Assembly (NCBI RefSeq): GCF_964194155.1
Contig: NC_135906.1
Span: forward strand, 28,768,001-28,832,000
Reading direction: 5' to 3'
Length of the DNA stretch: 64,000 bases
DNA from: Cetorhinus maximus
Taxonomy: Eukaryota
Part shown: piece by piece, positions 24,499 through 37,067 of the stretch
Numbering within the stretch: position 1 is the stretch's first letter
Layout of the letters: each line of letters opens with the position of its first letter
Translations under genes and position numbers: made by a program
Notes under the pieces: generated by a model
Database searches by the model: none
What the model saw: only the letters and a program-made list of their open reading frames with translations
What the model was told of the DNA's origin: nothing

Positions 24499-25520
24499 CT
24501 TGGGGACAGTCTCACGGCTGACAGGAGACAGACATTTAAATCCTTGTCTTTATTTTACTGCCGGGCGGGACGGTGAAGGTCACAGGAGCATCTCGATTCT
24601 AATCCGATTAACCCGAGGGCCTCGGGTCGGGGGGGGGCCGGAGTCCAACAACCGCCCCCCACTTTGCAACTGTTTTCCCGGCCGGTAACCACCTCAGTAA
24701 TTCGGGGTTTTTTCTTCCCCTGTCCTTTCCGCTTTCTCCTGCTTATTTTTCTTTTTTAATTAGAACTGCGTCTGGTTTCCTCCCCAGCGCTAAATAACAA
24801 TCAGACGGCTCTGCCCGCACCGTCGCAAAGAGCATGACGAACCGCCCGCACCGTCGCAAAGAGGCTGACGTAGTGCCCAGACTGTCGCAAAGAAGCTCAC
24901 GCATTGACCGTACTGTCGTGAAAAAGGCGGTCAAGGTGCTGGAGACCCGCGGTTGACGAGGGGGGGGGGTCGGCCGGCGCAGTGCATGCCGGATGTTGTA
25001 GTTTTTAACCGGGAGCCCAGCTCCCCGGAGAGAACTACATTAACCGTGGGGCGGCGGAGGTGGGGGTAGGGGAGGGGCGCGATGGCGCGCATGCGCACTG
25101 CCTTCGCACGGTAGGCGGGAAAAAGCCGGCGTCGTGTGAAGAGGCAGGTGGGCGGGGCGGGAGGCTCTTCATTAATAACCTGTCAGCACCGAAAATAAAC
25201 AGGTAGTTTGTCACAATTTCATATCGGGCTTTGACATTAAAGAAGGTTTTAATGTGAGAAAAGCGATTTAAAAAAAAAACCGAACCCCAGTTTGCCAAGG
25301 CCGAGGTGCTGGAGCCATTAATGAAGCCTCAGGCCGCCCCTCACTGGGTAAACAGGCTTTACCCTTTCAGTTAGAAAGGCAAGAGACCTGGGCACAGAAT
25401 CCAGGCTGACCCCTCAGAGCAGTACCGAGGGAGTGCCACACTGCCGGCGGTGCCGCCTCCTGAGGTGAGACTGGCACCCCACCCGCCCTCTTAGCCGGGC
25501 AACGACAGACCCCCCAAAGC
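24440..25520. promoter_or_regulatory. CpG island and bidirectional promoter shared by CC2D1A (-) and BRME1 (+)
   Basis: Dense CpG and GC-rich sequence in an otherwise CpG-poor window, between divergent genes. Contains NRF1-type GCGCATGCGC (25087-25096), ZNF143/THAP11-type ACTACAACATCCGGCATGC on the minus strand (about 24984-25003) and GC boxes (about 25150-25161). Confidence 0.8.
24813..24936. repeat. 31-bp-period degenerate tandem repeat (x4) in the promoter
   Basis: GCCCGCACCGTCGCAAAGAG at 24813 and 24844, GCCCAGACTGTCGCAAAGAA at 24875, GACCGTACTGTCGTGAAAAA at 24906. Confidence 0.75.
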
Positions 25521-26849
25521 CCTCTTGGCGAGTCCTGTTTCAATATTTATCCAGCCAATACTCAACCTCACACACACACACAAAAAAAATATACATGACC
25601 CAGTCACCGTCACATTGCTGCTTGTGGGATCTTGCTGTGCGCAAATTGGCACCCGCTTTCCGCCTTACATCAAAGGTGCGCCATTGGCTGCAAAGTGCTT
25701 TGCAGCCTCCTGATGGTGCAAATGTAGGAAACCAAGCTCTTAATGTGTTTTCCCCCCATTGCAGCATCCCCGCTTCAGTTTCACCGCGTTCATGGTTGTT
25801 TTTGTTTTCTGTGTTTTTCCTCGCTGGTTAACGGCATATAATTGAAGGATTATATTTCTCTGTGAGCCCTATAATTATTGGGCATTAGCAGTAAACGTGC
25901 AGTATAGATGCACCATTAAAGGCTGTAATCAGCATAATAATTTAAAACATCTGGTCGTGCCTTGCCATCACTGGCCGTCACTGAGCCGTTGGCAGCGTGG
26001 AGTGGATTTTATGGTAAAAATGTATGTTTTTGTACATTTACTGAAGCCTGCCTCAGAATGTGGGACTGCCATTATAACAAAATAGGGATAATATTACACT
26101 CTGCAATTCCAGCTTTTAAATTATATGATAAAATGAAGCTTATTCTGTGTGATTTCCTGGAAATGGTATAATGAAAGTCTGAAATTGAAGCGAAACAAAG
26201 TAGTTGTTAGTGAGATAATTATTACAAGATGTTGTGGATGTCAAGTTTCTCTATAATCGACTGCAGATTATTATTCCCTGATACATTTCCCAAAAATAAC
26301 ATCACATGGGGAATAATTGATATTTGGGAGTATTTACAGAGCAGCAATCTCACTCAGATGGTCTTGGAAATACTGAGCCACATCTCTGTGGCTTATAAAC
26401 TGAGGCCTAAAGTTAGAATACAGTCCTGTCTCACTTGTGTAGTTTTGGCACTGCTCTGATGGACTATAATGGTATCTTCTGATCTTGTACAACTTCATTT
26501 GTTTAGGTCCTTTAACGTAGTAGAATGTCCTGAGGTACTTAACCAGAGAATAATCAAAAAAGAAAGGCATTAGGACAGGGTACCAAAAACTTAGCCAAAC
26601 AGGTAAGGGTGAAGGTCCATCTTAAAGAAGGCGGAGAGTTTTAGAGAGGGAATTCCAGAGTTTAGGGCTTAGGCAGCTGAAGGCACAACCACCAATGGGG
26701 CTGAGGAAGAGGTGCACAAGAGATGTACAATGAATCTACATTCCTATATAACCATTATTTGTTTATCTACATTGCAGTTGGGGCAGTTTTATTTTGTATT
26801 GCTTCAATCAATTTGATAACATGGTGAGTGACAAACAAGGTAGTGACAT

Positions 26850-28000
26850 TGCAACAATCCTCATCACTATCTCCCTCGCTGCAATACTGCACCCCACATC
26901 CAGCAAATTACCCATAGTTGTTGAGATAATCTACAGAACAGACAGAAAAGGGTTCAACCTAGGCCACTTTCATTCCAAAACCAAAACCACTCCAACTTCA
27001 GTCATTGAGTTCCATTATTCAGATCACGCTTATGTGTGCGCTCACTCAGAAACTGAGCTCCAGGGGGCCAGGAACTCCTTCTCTGAAGCGTATAAGAAAT
27101 TGGACCTTTCTCTAAATATCCTGAATCCAAAGATCCTGTCCCAACCAGGCCCCACAGCACAAAACCTCCCCTGATCAATTAAGATCATTGGTGAGATCCT
27201 GAAAATTGTGGACCATTTTCCATACCTTGGGAGCCTCCTCTCAAGAAAGGCAGACATAGCCGACAAAATTCATCATCGCCTCCAATGTGGTAGCTCAGCC
27301 TTTGGCTGATTGAGGAAAAGAGCATTTGAGGACCAGGATCTCAAATCCGAGATTAAGGTCATGGTTTACTGGGCAGCTGTGATCCCTGTGCTCCTGTATA
27401 ATTCAGAGACCTACACCAGGCACCTCAGAGCACTGCAGAAGTACCACGAGTGCTGCCTTCGCAAGATCCTCCAAATCCGGTGGCAAAAAAGGCAGCCCAA
27501 CAGCAGCGTCCTCTACCAAGCCAACAGGCCCAGCATCGAGTGATGAATCACTCAAAACCACCTCCGTTGGGCAGGACATGTCATTCGAACATGACACCAG
27601 ACTCCCAAAGCAGCTGCTGTACTTGGAACTTGGTCCTGGCAGAAGACTCCCAGGAAGATAACGGAAACACTTTAGGGATGGCCTCAAAGCATCCCTGAAG
27701 AGGTCCAACATCCCCGCTGACTCATGGGAGTCCCTGGCAAGTGGCTGACCAAAATGGAGGAGGTTAATTTGGGAAGGCACCAATGCATCAAGAGACTTTG
27801 TTGGGAACATGCAGAGATGAAGTCGAGATGTCGGAGAGAATGCACAAACCTCCCAGCAACTCCTCTATCTGACCCTTCAAACATCACCTTCCCAGCATGT
27901 TGCAGAGCCTGCAGATCACTCATTGTACTTAACAGCCAGCTCAGAACCCATCGAACCAGAGTGAAAGCAGGTCATCCTCGATCCTGAGGGGCTGCCTAAA
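26850..28000 (+). mobile_element. Decayed RTE-clade (BovB-like) LINE 3' fragment
   Basis: Peptides YRTDRKGFNL, AHSETELQ, VDHFPYLGSLLS, VYWAAVIPVLLYNSET, and a C-terminal C..C..H-like motif (CCRACRSLIVLNSQLRTH); several stops. Confidence 0.8.
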
Positions 28001-30864
28001 TGGAAGATGAGAAATGGCAGAATCAAAGACCATATACCATGCACTTAATGTATGCTGACTTTGGCATTGGTTTAGCTCATTAATCTTGCATTTACCATGC
28101 TATAGTCATTATCAGCTGCAGACTGATAATTAGCAGAAGGTAAAACATAGCATAAACCATTAGATCATCTTTTGAAATTATTGAGCTCACTGATCATCAG
28201 TTTGTGTACTTGATGTTCACTAGTGCAAAAATAGAATTAATTTAATCATTCGTGAGTCAACAATAGCTTGCATTTACTGGTACATGTCACCGTTAATATT
28301 GCAAATGCCCCAAGGCACACCGTGGATGTGTCATTAAAAAAATGGATGCTGAGGCAAAGAAGGGTGACAAAAGGCTTGTTCAAAAGGTGGCTTTTAAGAA
28401 ATGTCTTACAGCAGGGGAGGAAGTGAAAGGGCAGGTGGACTGAGTGGGGAAAATTCCATGTGTTGTATCTGATGAGAGTTTTTTTTTGGTTGCTGATGCA
28501 ACTACTCATTCTCTGGTTTTTTCCTCCCTTTTCGTTCCTTGAACTATGTACACTCTACACCATCAATGGTAGAGAGAAGGGGCAGTTAACCTATTCCTAA
28601 AGCTTTCCTGTGAATAGCAGCTGGGAGGTGAGCATCCATTTTACTTTGCTACTTATGAGACAGTGATTGTTCTCTTGCCATGGAAAACCAGCTAAGACTC
28701 AAGGTGTAGATCTCAGATCTGATCCCTTCTTCTGTATTGCATGTCAATGTTTCAATCCACTGTGTCACTCCTAAAGTCACACAATGTCTATAAACCTTTG
28801 CAGATTTGATCACTTTGCACGCAGCAAGGTCCCACAAGCAGCAATGTGTTAACAACCAGATAATCTGTTTCAGTGGTGCAGTGATATTGGTTGAGGGATA
28901 AATATTGGCCAGGTCACTGAGGAGAACTCATTTGCTCTTCTTCAGAATAGTGACATGGGACATTATGCATTGGTTTAACATGTCATCTGAGAGACAGCAC
29001 CTCTGACACTGTAACACTCCCTTAGTTCTGCATTGGATTATGTGCTCAAGTGGCTGGAGTAGGCCTTGAGTCCATGACTTTCTGACCCAGAGGCAAATGT
29101 GCTACCACTGAATCAAGGCTGAAATGACTGACGGTGTTGCTGTATACAATGGGTTAGAGCTTGCAGTTCTCCTGCTCTCCTGCCATAACCTTGGTTGAAA
29201 CAGCCATTTACACCATTTCTCCAGGGTTTTCAATGAGGTAATAGTGGGAGATGGGCAGAGCCTCTAATTAATCTATCATTTATCCTTATCTGTTCTTCTC
29301 ATTGACCTGGAAGTCTAGTCATAATTTCAATAGCTTCTCAAAATATATTTATTTTCCAAATGTTGTGCAATGATGATTTTAATGCAGTTAAATAAAATTG
29401 ACCATTTGAAAGTGAAATCTAAATTCTATATAAACAATTAAGCATATTTTTTCACAATTTATAATTTAGTGCTTTTTTGTATCCCTTTGTTCTCCGAACC
29501 GTGAATGTGCTGTTTCAATTTTCCCGCCATACACGGTGGCCGGTATAACGCTTTAGCAAACTTCAGGGCAGATGAGCGTCCAAAATAATGCCACTGCCAC
29601 CACTTTTAGTAAGACATTATTGCAAGTGTAGGGAACATTGCCAAACTGTATGGGCTAGCAGAGAGTATCATGATGCCTGTAAGCACCCTGTAATTAGGGA
29701 AACTCTTTCGAGTTACCAACAGTCACAGATTGCAACTTCTTTCGAGTACAATCACAGTTCTTGGTTTTCCAGGAGAGGGACATGAACCCACAACCCTCTA
29801 ATTCAAAGGCGAGGGTGCTATGAACTGAGCCACAGCTGACACTTCCCTGTAATTAGGGAACTTGAAAGATATTTGAAGTCTCTATCTGGCTGTTGCCACA
29901 GCTGCCAAAGATTTCTAACTTGACTCGAAAGCCACTGTTATGAGTTTCTTGCAGACAACATAATTGAAACAGCGTTGTGCTAATTATGTAGAGAATGCTC
30001 GTTCCAATTTGAAGAGCATAATGTAAATTAACAAAGGCTGAACTTAATTGGTGAAATGATCACTTTTTGCTTCTCTTGGAAGGTAGCGGATTTAATTAAA
30101 AAATTCCTTCTAATAGCAAAAAAAAACTGGCAGCTTTTATACCTTATTTTTTAAAAAAGTGCTGCTGGGCTTAAAAACTGGTAGCACTCTCGCTTCTGAG
30201 TCAGTGTTATATATTCAGCTCCACTCCAAGGTCTGAGCACAAACAAAAGATCAAGGCTGATCCTCCAGTGTAGTACTGAGAGAGTGCTACAATGCCAGAC
30301 AAGACTTCTTTCAGATGAGATGTTAAGTCATGAAAACCGCTATATAAATACAAGTATATCTTTCTTTAAAACATGAGCATTCTTGTTTTTCTTGATTAAT
30401 CCAATCTATGTGATATAGGATACCTTCCATACAGGATACTTATAGGTTTTATATTAGTTTGTACTGTGTGCATTACTATTGGGTACAGGTGTTGCACACA
30501 CTGGTGATGAATCCTATGCTGATATAACTACGTAATTAGTATTACTGCTACAATACAGGGATGGTAATTTTATTTTAACATTCAGTGCATCTTAGTGAGG
30601 TGTGAGCTAGTGAGTAAACACAGCTGTTTCTATCGAATTAAATGGAGCACTTAAGACACCATAACTGGCAGTTTTGAAATTTGCGTCAATGCAAATGATC
30701 ATTTTATTCAATTTTTAGCATTTAATTCCCACTTTGCTGTACTATTTATATTGTTTTAAATTATTGAATAATTCAGTCTTTTAATGCAAAACATGATTGA
30801 TTTATCAGAAGACAACTGTACCTGTGCTGGTTCCAATCTAAATTATTAATCCAGCTGCAGTTTT

Positions 30865-32205
30865 CATCAGTAAAGTGATGGAAAGGGTCATCAACAGGGC
30901 TATCAAGCGGTACTTGCTTAGCAATAACCTGCTTACTGATGTTCAGTTGGGTTCTGCCAGGGCCACTCAGCTCCTGACCTCATTACAGCCTTGGTTCAAA
31001 CATGGACAAAAGAGCTGAACTCCCCAGGTGAGGTGAGAGTGACTGCCCTTGCCATCAAGGCCGCATTTGACTGAGTGTGGCATCAAGGAGCCCGAGCAAA
31101 ACTGGAGTCAATGGGAATCAGGGGGGAAACTCTCCGCTGGTTGGAGTCATACCTGGCACAAAGGAAGATGGCTGTGGTTGTTGGAGGTCAATCATCTCAG
31201 TTCCAGGACATCACTGCAGGAGTTCCTCAGGGTAGTGTCCTCAGCCCAATCATCTTCAGCTGTTTCATCAATGACCTTCCTCCCATCATAAGGTCAGAAA
31301 TGGGGATGTTCGCTGATGATTGCACAATGTTCAGCACCATTCACAACTCCTCAGATATTGAAGCAATCCATGTCCAAATGCAGCAAGACCTGGACAATAT
31401 TCAAGCTTGGGTTGACAAGTGGCAAGTAACATTTGCACCACACAAGTGTCAGGCAATGACCATCTCCAACAAGAGAGAATCCAACCATCACCCCTTGACA
31501 TTCAATGGCGTTACCTTCACTGAATCCCCCACTATCAACATCCTGGAGATTAGCATTGACCAGAAACTGAACTGGACTAGCCATATAAATACTGTGACTA
31601 CAAGAACAGGCCAGGGGCAAGGAATCCTGCAGCGAGTAACTCACCTCCTGACTTCCCAAAGCCTGCCCACCATCTACAAGGCACAAGTCAGAAGTGTGAT
31701 GGAAGACTCTCCATTTGCCTGGATGAGCACAGCTCCAAAAACACTCAAGAAGCTTGACACCATCCAGGGCAAAGCAGCCTGCTTGATTGGTCCCACATCC
31801 ATAAACATTCACTCCCTCCACCACTGACGAACAGTGGCAACAGTGTGTACCATCTACAAGATGCATGCAGGAACTCACCAAGGCTCCTTAGGTGGCACTT
31901 TCCAAACTCACGACCGCAACCATTTAGAAGGACAAGGGCAGCAGATAGCTGGGAACACCACCGCCTGGAATTTCCCCTCCAGGCCACTCATCATCCTGAC
32001 TTGGATTTATATTGCAATTCCTTCACTGTCATTGGGTCAAAGTCCTGGAGTTCCCTCCCTGACAGCACTATGGGTGTACCTACACCGTATGGACTGCAGC
32101 GGTTTAAGAAGGCAGCTCACCACCACCTTCTCGAGGGCAATTAGGAATGGGCAATAATCGCTGGCCTAACCAGCGACATTCACATCCCATAGATGAATTT
32201 AAAAA
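30865..32205 (+). mobile_element. 3' fragment of the same LINE family (RT to 3' tail)
   Basis: ORF 31075..31827 with GVPQGSVLSP and FADD; tail gagggcaattaggaatgggcaataa...cacatccc. Confidence 0.9.
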
Positions 32206-32342
32206 ATGTTACTGGCAGACTTGCTGATACATATTCTGTTTTTACTTCAGCTTTCAGATTTTGTTTTCAGTCGTGCACTTTGTTATGGTATTTGATGTTT
32301 ATGGATTTTGTTGCTTTGTAGATATCCCTTGGGGAAAGTGAC

Positions 32343-32379
32343 ATGAATAAACGGAAGAAGTCTCTCCCTGTGGCTGCAA
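32343..32379 (+). CDS. BRME1: BRME1 (C19orf57) first coding exon (MNKRKKSLPVAA); exon acceptor at 32322
   Basis: ttgctttgtag acceptor, ATG at 32343, A|gtaagt donor. Resembles human MTKRKK; phase 1 fits the next exon. Confidence 0.8.
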
Positions 32380-34795
32380 GTAAGTACGAGCATTTCTCCC
32401 CTGAGAAATGTCTGCCACCATTATTCACCAGCCTTGCTGAGAAATTTTCTCAGATCTGCTTTTACTTTCAAGTTAATAACTAAAACAAAATATGCTCACA
32501 GTATTTGTAAGTTCACATTCAGACATAAGCAATATTGAGTTCTATACATATGAACTGTCAAATTGGAAGCAGGCCGGTATTAAAGCCATAAGGAACCTGT
32601 ACTGAAAGATGGTGCCATCGTGGTCCTATCATAAGTGCTATCCTGCCACCTCTCTTTCACAGACAATTTCTTGACTGTCTCTTGAATCAATAGATACAGA
32701 CATTGTTCCTCTGAACTTTTCTCCTAACTCTAAATATGCAATTTCATACATCCTTACTCCTTCCTAAATCCTCAGCATCAAAATCAAAGCTCATGTTCAT
32801 TTGTTCCCAAGGTATCAAAGTTGTTCTTACTTTCCTCATTCTTCCTCCAAACTTGCAGACTTTTAGGATCGAAGTTGGAGGGATCATCCACATCTTTCCC
32901 CTTGACCTAACTTACATTCTGTCCCCTTTTCATACTTGGTATCATCCTGCACCATAGGCCTTCACCTAATTTTCAGAGAGAGACAGATTTTTGATCTCTC
33001 AGGGAATTAAGGGATATGGGAAGCAGGCAGGAAAATGGAGTTGGAGCCCAAGGTCACCCATGATCGTATTGAATGGCAGAGCCAGCTTTATGGGCGTGCG
33101 GTCTACTTCTGCTCCTATTTCTCGTGTTCTTGTTTCTCACTCATCCAGTCATCTGTTCCATTTTATTGAGAAGATGCCCTTCAAAAAAGTGCTGAATCAG
33201 TTTTACATGCATAAATACTTGTTGCTGCACAAATTAAAAACCCAGTGGATACTATTATCTTTCTAGTGTTTGTAAATTAATTAAATCCACGATTAAAAGC
33301 ATGTCCGATGGAAAATGCCCATTCTTTTTGTTCTGTGGAGCTGTGGTGTTTGAATCTAATGGTGCAGTAACAGTACTCAGCACTCCTGCTTTGCAAAATT
33401 CATCATTTTCTATGAGCTAAGTGGTATATTCAAAGTTTATGAAATTTCCAGCCTATTTGAGAGGATTATCCCAGATCATCCAAGGGGAATTGTGAGATGT
33501 ATTATCCTATTGCTTGTAAGAACACTGCGTTTCAGTATCACAACAAATACACATGAAGGAACCAGATGAATCCTTAATCCCCTAACCAACTCCTTACCTG
33601 GGAACTGTCTGTACTTTATCATCCAGCTTTGCTGTGGGAGTGAGTGATAGTGAAGTTGACTTGCCAAACTGTCGTACGTCACTCAGTTCGGGTTGAATTT
33701 GAGTTTAGCTTATCCACCCTCAGTTAGGATGCCCGCAATCTACAATGTGAGTGAATTAACCCTTTCATATCAAATCACTAGAGAAGCTGGAGAACAATTG
33801 ATGCACGAACAATTATTTGTCTAAAAATCACAATGATCACCACTTCAAATTAAGCATTAAGTTCGCAAACAATCAAGAGATCTAAGCAGTTAGAAACAGG
33901 GCTATCCAGCAATTTAGGTAAGAATTAAAAGATAATTAAACAGATAACAGGTTGCAAAGAAAATTTACAAATATTACTTTCAAATGTTAACAGAATTGCT
34001 GATAAAGCTATAGTTGAAATCAGTTTCTCAGACTATTTTGGGAGTAAATAATTTAGATTTCTTAAAAGTTAATCCCATTGGATATCCTATCTCTTGTTAG
34101 ATTATGGTGCATGTGCAGGTGATTAACAATGTTTCCAGAGTTTATATGACCTTGACCATGTAGATCGAATGGTTCAGTTGATATTCTTCCTTCCAAGCAT
34201 GACAGTGTTTGCTTCTGGAATGTCAGGTTGATGAGCACTTTCAGTGACAGGAATCCGCTGCGATCCTCTGTTCTGGCTGAACCGACTTTAGGCTTGAGTG
34301 ATTGTGTCGGAACTAGCTGGCTTAATGTCACCTTACACACTCTCAGACAACTTGTACGGTTAGCAACGCTCTTAACTCTACCTGTAACTGGCTTGTATAG
34401 CCACATAATCTGATTTTTCTGACCTCTTACTCTCTATCCGAAGTATATTTTGTACTTGTAAAGGTACTAACGTCTGCCAGTTAAGATTACTACTGAAGAA
34501 TAGAAGGCAAAGAGAATCTTCTTGTAACTAACAGGAAGGAACTATACTTAACAAAGACAAAGAAAATCTGCAGAGCGGGGTGCCAAGCATCCTCACATAC
34601 CCTAAACTTAGAGAAAAACCCCTTTCCATGCACTTGACCAATCTGGATGGTGCGTGATCCAGGGTATGTCTCTTTGGGTGTCAGTTACTTTTTGAGTCCC
34701 ATAATTTTCTGCAAAATGTCAAAGTTAACAAGGCTGAGTGCATAGGGATAGAAATAGACAATTTTTCTTTATCAAACTGGACCAGATAAGGAATA

Positions 34796-35105
34796 GAAAA
34801 CAAAAACACAGTTACCTGGAAAAATTCAGCAGGTCTGGCAGCATCGGCGGAGAAGAAAAGAGTTGACGTTTCGAGTCCTCATGACCCTTCAGCAGAACTG
34901 AGTATAGTTGGGAGAGGGGTGAAATATAAGCTGATTTACGGGGCGGGGTGGAGGGGGGGGGGGGGGGGGGTGGGGGGGTGGAGGTGGGAGGTTGTAGGGA
35001 TAAGCAAGCAGTGATAGGAGCAGATAATCAAAAGATGTCACAGACAAAAGGATCAAAGAGGTGTTGAAGGTGGTGATATTATCTAAGAAAATGTGCTAAT
35101 TAAGA
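34796..35105 (-). mobile_element. Penelope-like pLTR fragment with hammerhead-like motif (34861-34900)
   Basis: Reverse complement matches 21650-21890; contains a poly-G tract; flanked by ATAAGGAATAG-like duplications. Confidence 0.85.
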
Positions 35106-35404
35106 ATAAGGAATAAGAATAAGGAATAGCACATTTATGGCCCACTAGTGAGCTATTCCTGATCTCTGTCCTCAATATTAACTTCTTGTCACTGGTAAAT
35201 TCCAACAAGCATTTTTCTCGTCATCATTTGTTCTGATTTCCCAATATTCATTTTAGCTACTGACTCCATTTTGTGTGACCACTTTTAAACTCAAACTCCA
35301 TTTTGAGAACACCATTCAGTCAACTTACAGGGGATTTTTACATTCTGTTAGTGAGTGTGGAAAGCATTTCTTTAAGAGTAACTTTGATTTTTTAACTGAT
35401 ATAG

Positions 35405-35606
35405 AAGAGGATGGCGCATTGTTACCTGTTGTAAAGAAGGTGAGAAAGAAAAATGTGCAGCCTGGTGAGGAACAGAACACAGACACAGTAGAAACAGAAT
35501 GCAAGACCATGACAGAAGAACAAGAAACGGAGGATATTACAATGAAACCAACTGAGGAGGAAGAATTAGCAAGCAGAAGTCACAGCGTGGAACATACTGA
35601 GAAAAG
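35405..35606 (+). CDS. BRME1: BRME1 coding exon 2 (EDGALLPVVKKVRKK...HTEK)
   Basis: gatatag acceptor and AAG|gtaaag donor, 202 nt, phase 1 to 2; lies within ORF 35275..35610. Confidence 0.8.
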
Positions 35607-36976
35607 GTAAAGGAATTTTCTGTGTGATCTCTCTCCTTGTACATTGATTTCGTGTGGGAAGCCACACAATTGAAATAACAAGGAACTAGGGATGCAATTC
35701 ACTGGGACATTTTGTTATTTTGTTTCTGAGTAGTTGTGACAAAAACAATGCATTTTTATCTAAGGCAAAGGATCATATTTTAATTATACCAACATGGATA
35801 AGGGAACAAAAAGCAGCCACTGTGTAGAACAAGTCTTACTTCGGCAGACCACCTCAACTAGCACCTGCCACCTCAAACACAGACCTTTTTGACCCCGGAT
35901 TGTTAATCCTAATACTAAGACAAATATATTCAGTGGTAAAGTTTTTAAAAGTTCTCACTGATCATAGAAACAGGTAACTGTGTAAACATCCAATTATTTT
36001 GCTTGATAATCAGACACAGGGCAGGATGTTTAGTTCAGCAGGTGCGTGCGATTGGTGGGCCCAGGAGCAGCCAGGGAACGGATCCCAAACCATGATCAGC
36101 CCTGACTGCAATTTCACACTTCCTGGCCAGCCAGTGTGAAATGCGCGCTGAAAGGCTCAGTGCTGCCGGGGTGGGGGGCAGGAGGAGGATGAGCATTGAA
36201 GTCAGCGGGGGAAGCGTGGAATGAAAGCTCCCTGGAGGCAGAGAGCTTCCTCAGGGAGCGGAAGAATTTAAAAGCAATAAAAACATATTTGAAATCCAGA
36301 AAAAATGCCCACGCATCAGAATCAGTCACCTGAACATATACAAGATGAAAGTTCTGTCCATACATTTTTATTTTTTCTTTATTTAATAACAGAAACCTCA
36401 TCCCGCCCGTGGATGAGGTTTCCTGAAAAATGCAGTGGCTGATGCACCTGCCGGCCATCCGTAACATTGGATGAATAACGAAAGATCTCCGTTAATTACA
36501 ATTTTAATGGCCTTAATAGGCCTCTTAATTGTCAGCAGGCACGCTTCCAACTCTTGCGTGCGCCTACCGACGGAAATATCACGTGAGTGCGCCATGACAT
36601 CAGGCAAGTGCGCTATTTCACACTCGAGCGGGTCGGGCACGTGCCCACACACCAAGCGAAAAATTCTGCCATCGAGTGATCCCACAGCTGAGAGGGCCTA
36701 TTCATGCAGCTTCCAATTATTCCGGTAGCCTCGCCACGTATCATTAAATGGGGAGAAGCAAATGGTTCGTTTGTATATGCTGAATGCTTAACTTAACAGT
36801 GCCTCTTGTTATCTGTGCAGTAGTTGGTCCTTTTCCCACTGTACTCGTGTTTTTTGTAGAAAAACAGTAGTGATGCTGGTAAAAGACTGGCTGTATATTA
36901 CTGTTTTCAGTCCTGCTCATTGTGTTGTGCATTTGTGATTTGAATCATGTTCACTTCAGTTTCCTTCTTGTTTTAG

Positions 36977-37067
36977 AGCTGTTCTGGTTGCACAAGAGGT
37001 AGGAGAAAAAGGCTGCAGAGAAAATGGATCCCAGGACAGAGAACATTTCTTGTTTCCACTTTCTCAG
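36977..37067 (+). CDS. BRME1: BRME1 coding exon 3 (AVLVAQEVGEKGCRENGSQDREHFLFPLSQ)
   Basis: ttgttttag acceptor and CAG|gtttgt donor, 91 nt, phase 2 to 0. Ends PLSQ, compare human LPPSQ. Confidence 0.8.

Noticed and set aside
23647-24688. Long Pro-rich, extensin-like ORFs (309 and 341 aa, plus strand) and a Gly-rich ORF on the minus strand
   Set aside because: Artefacts of the stop-poor C-rich minisatellite; they start inside a SINE tail and are antisense to CC2D1A exon 1.
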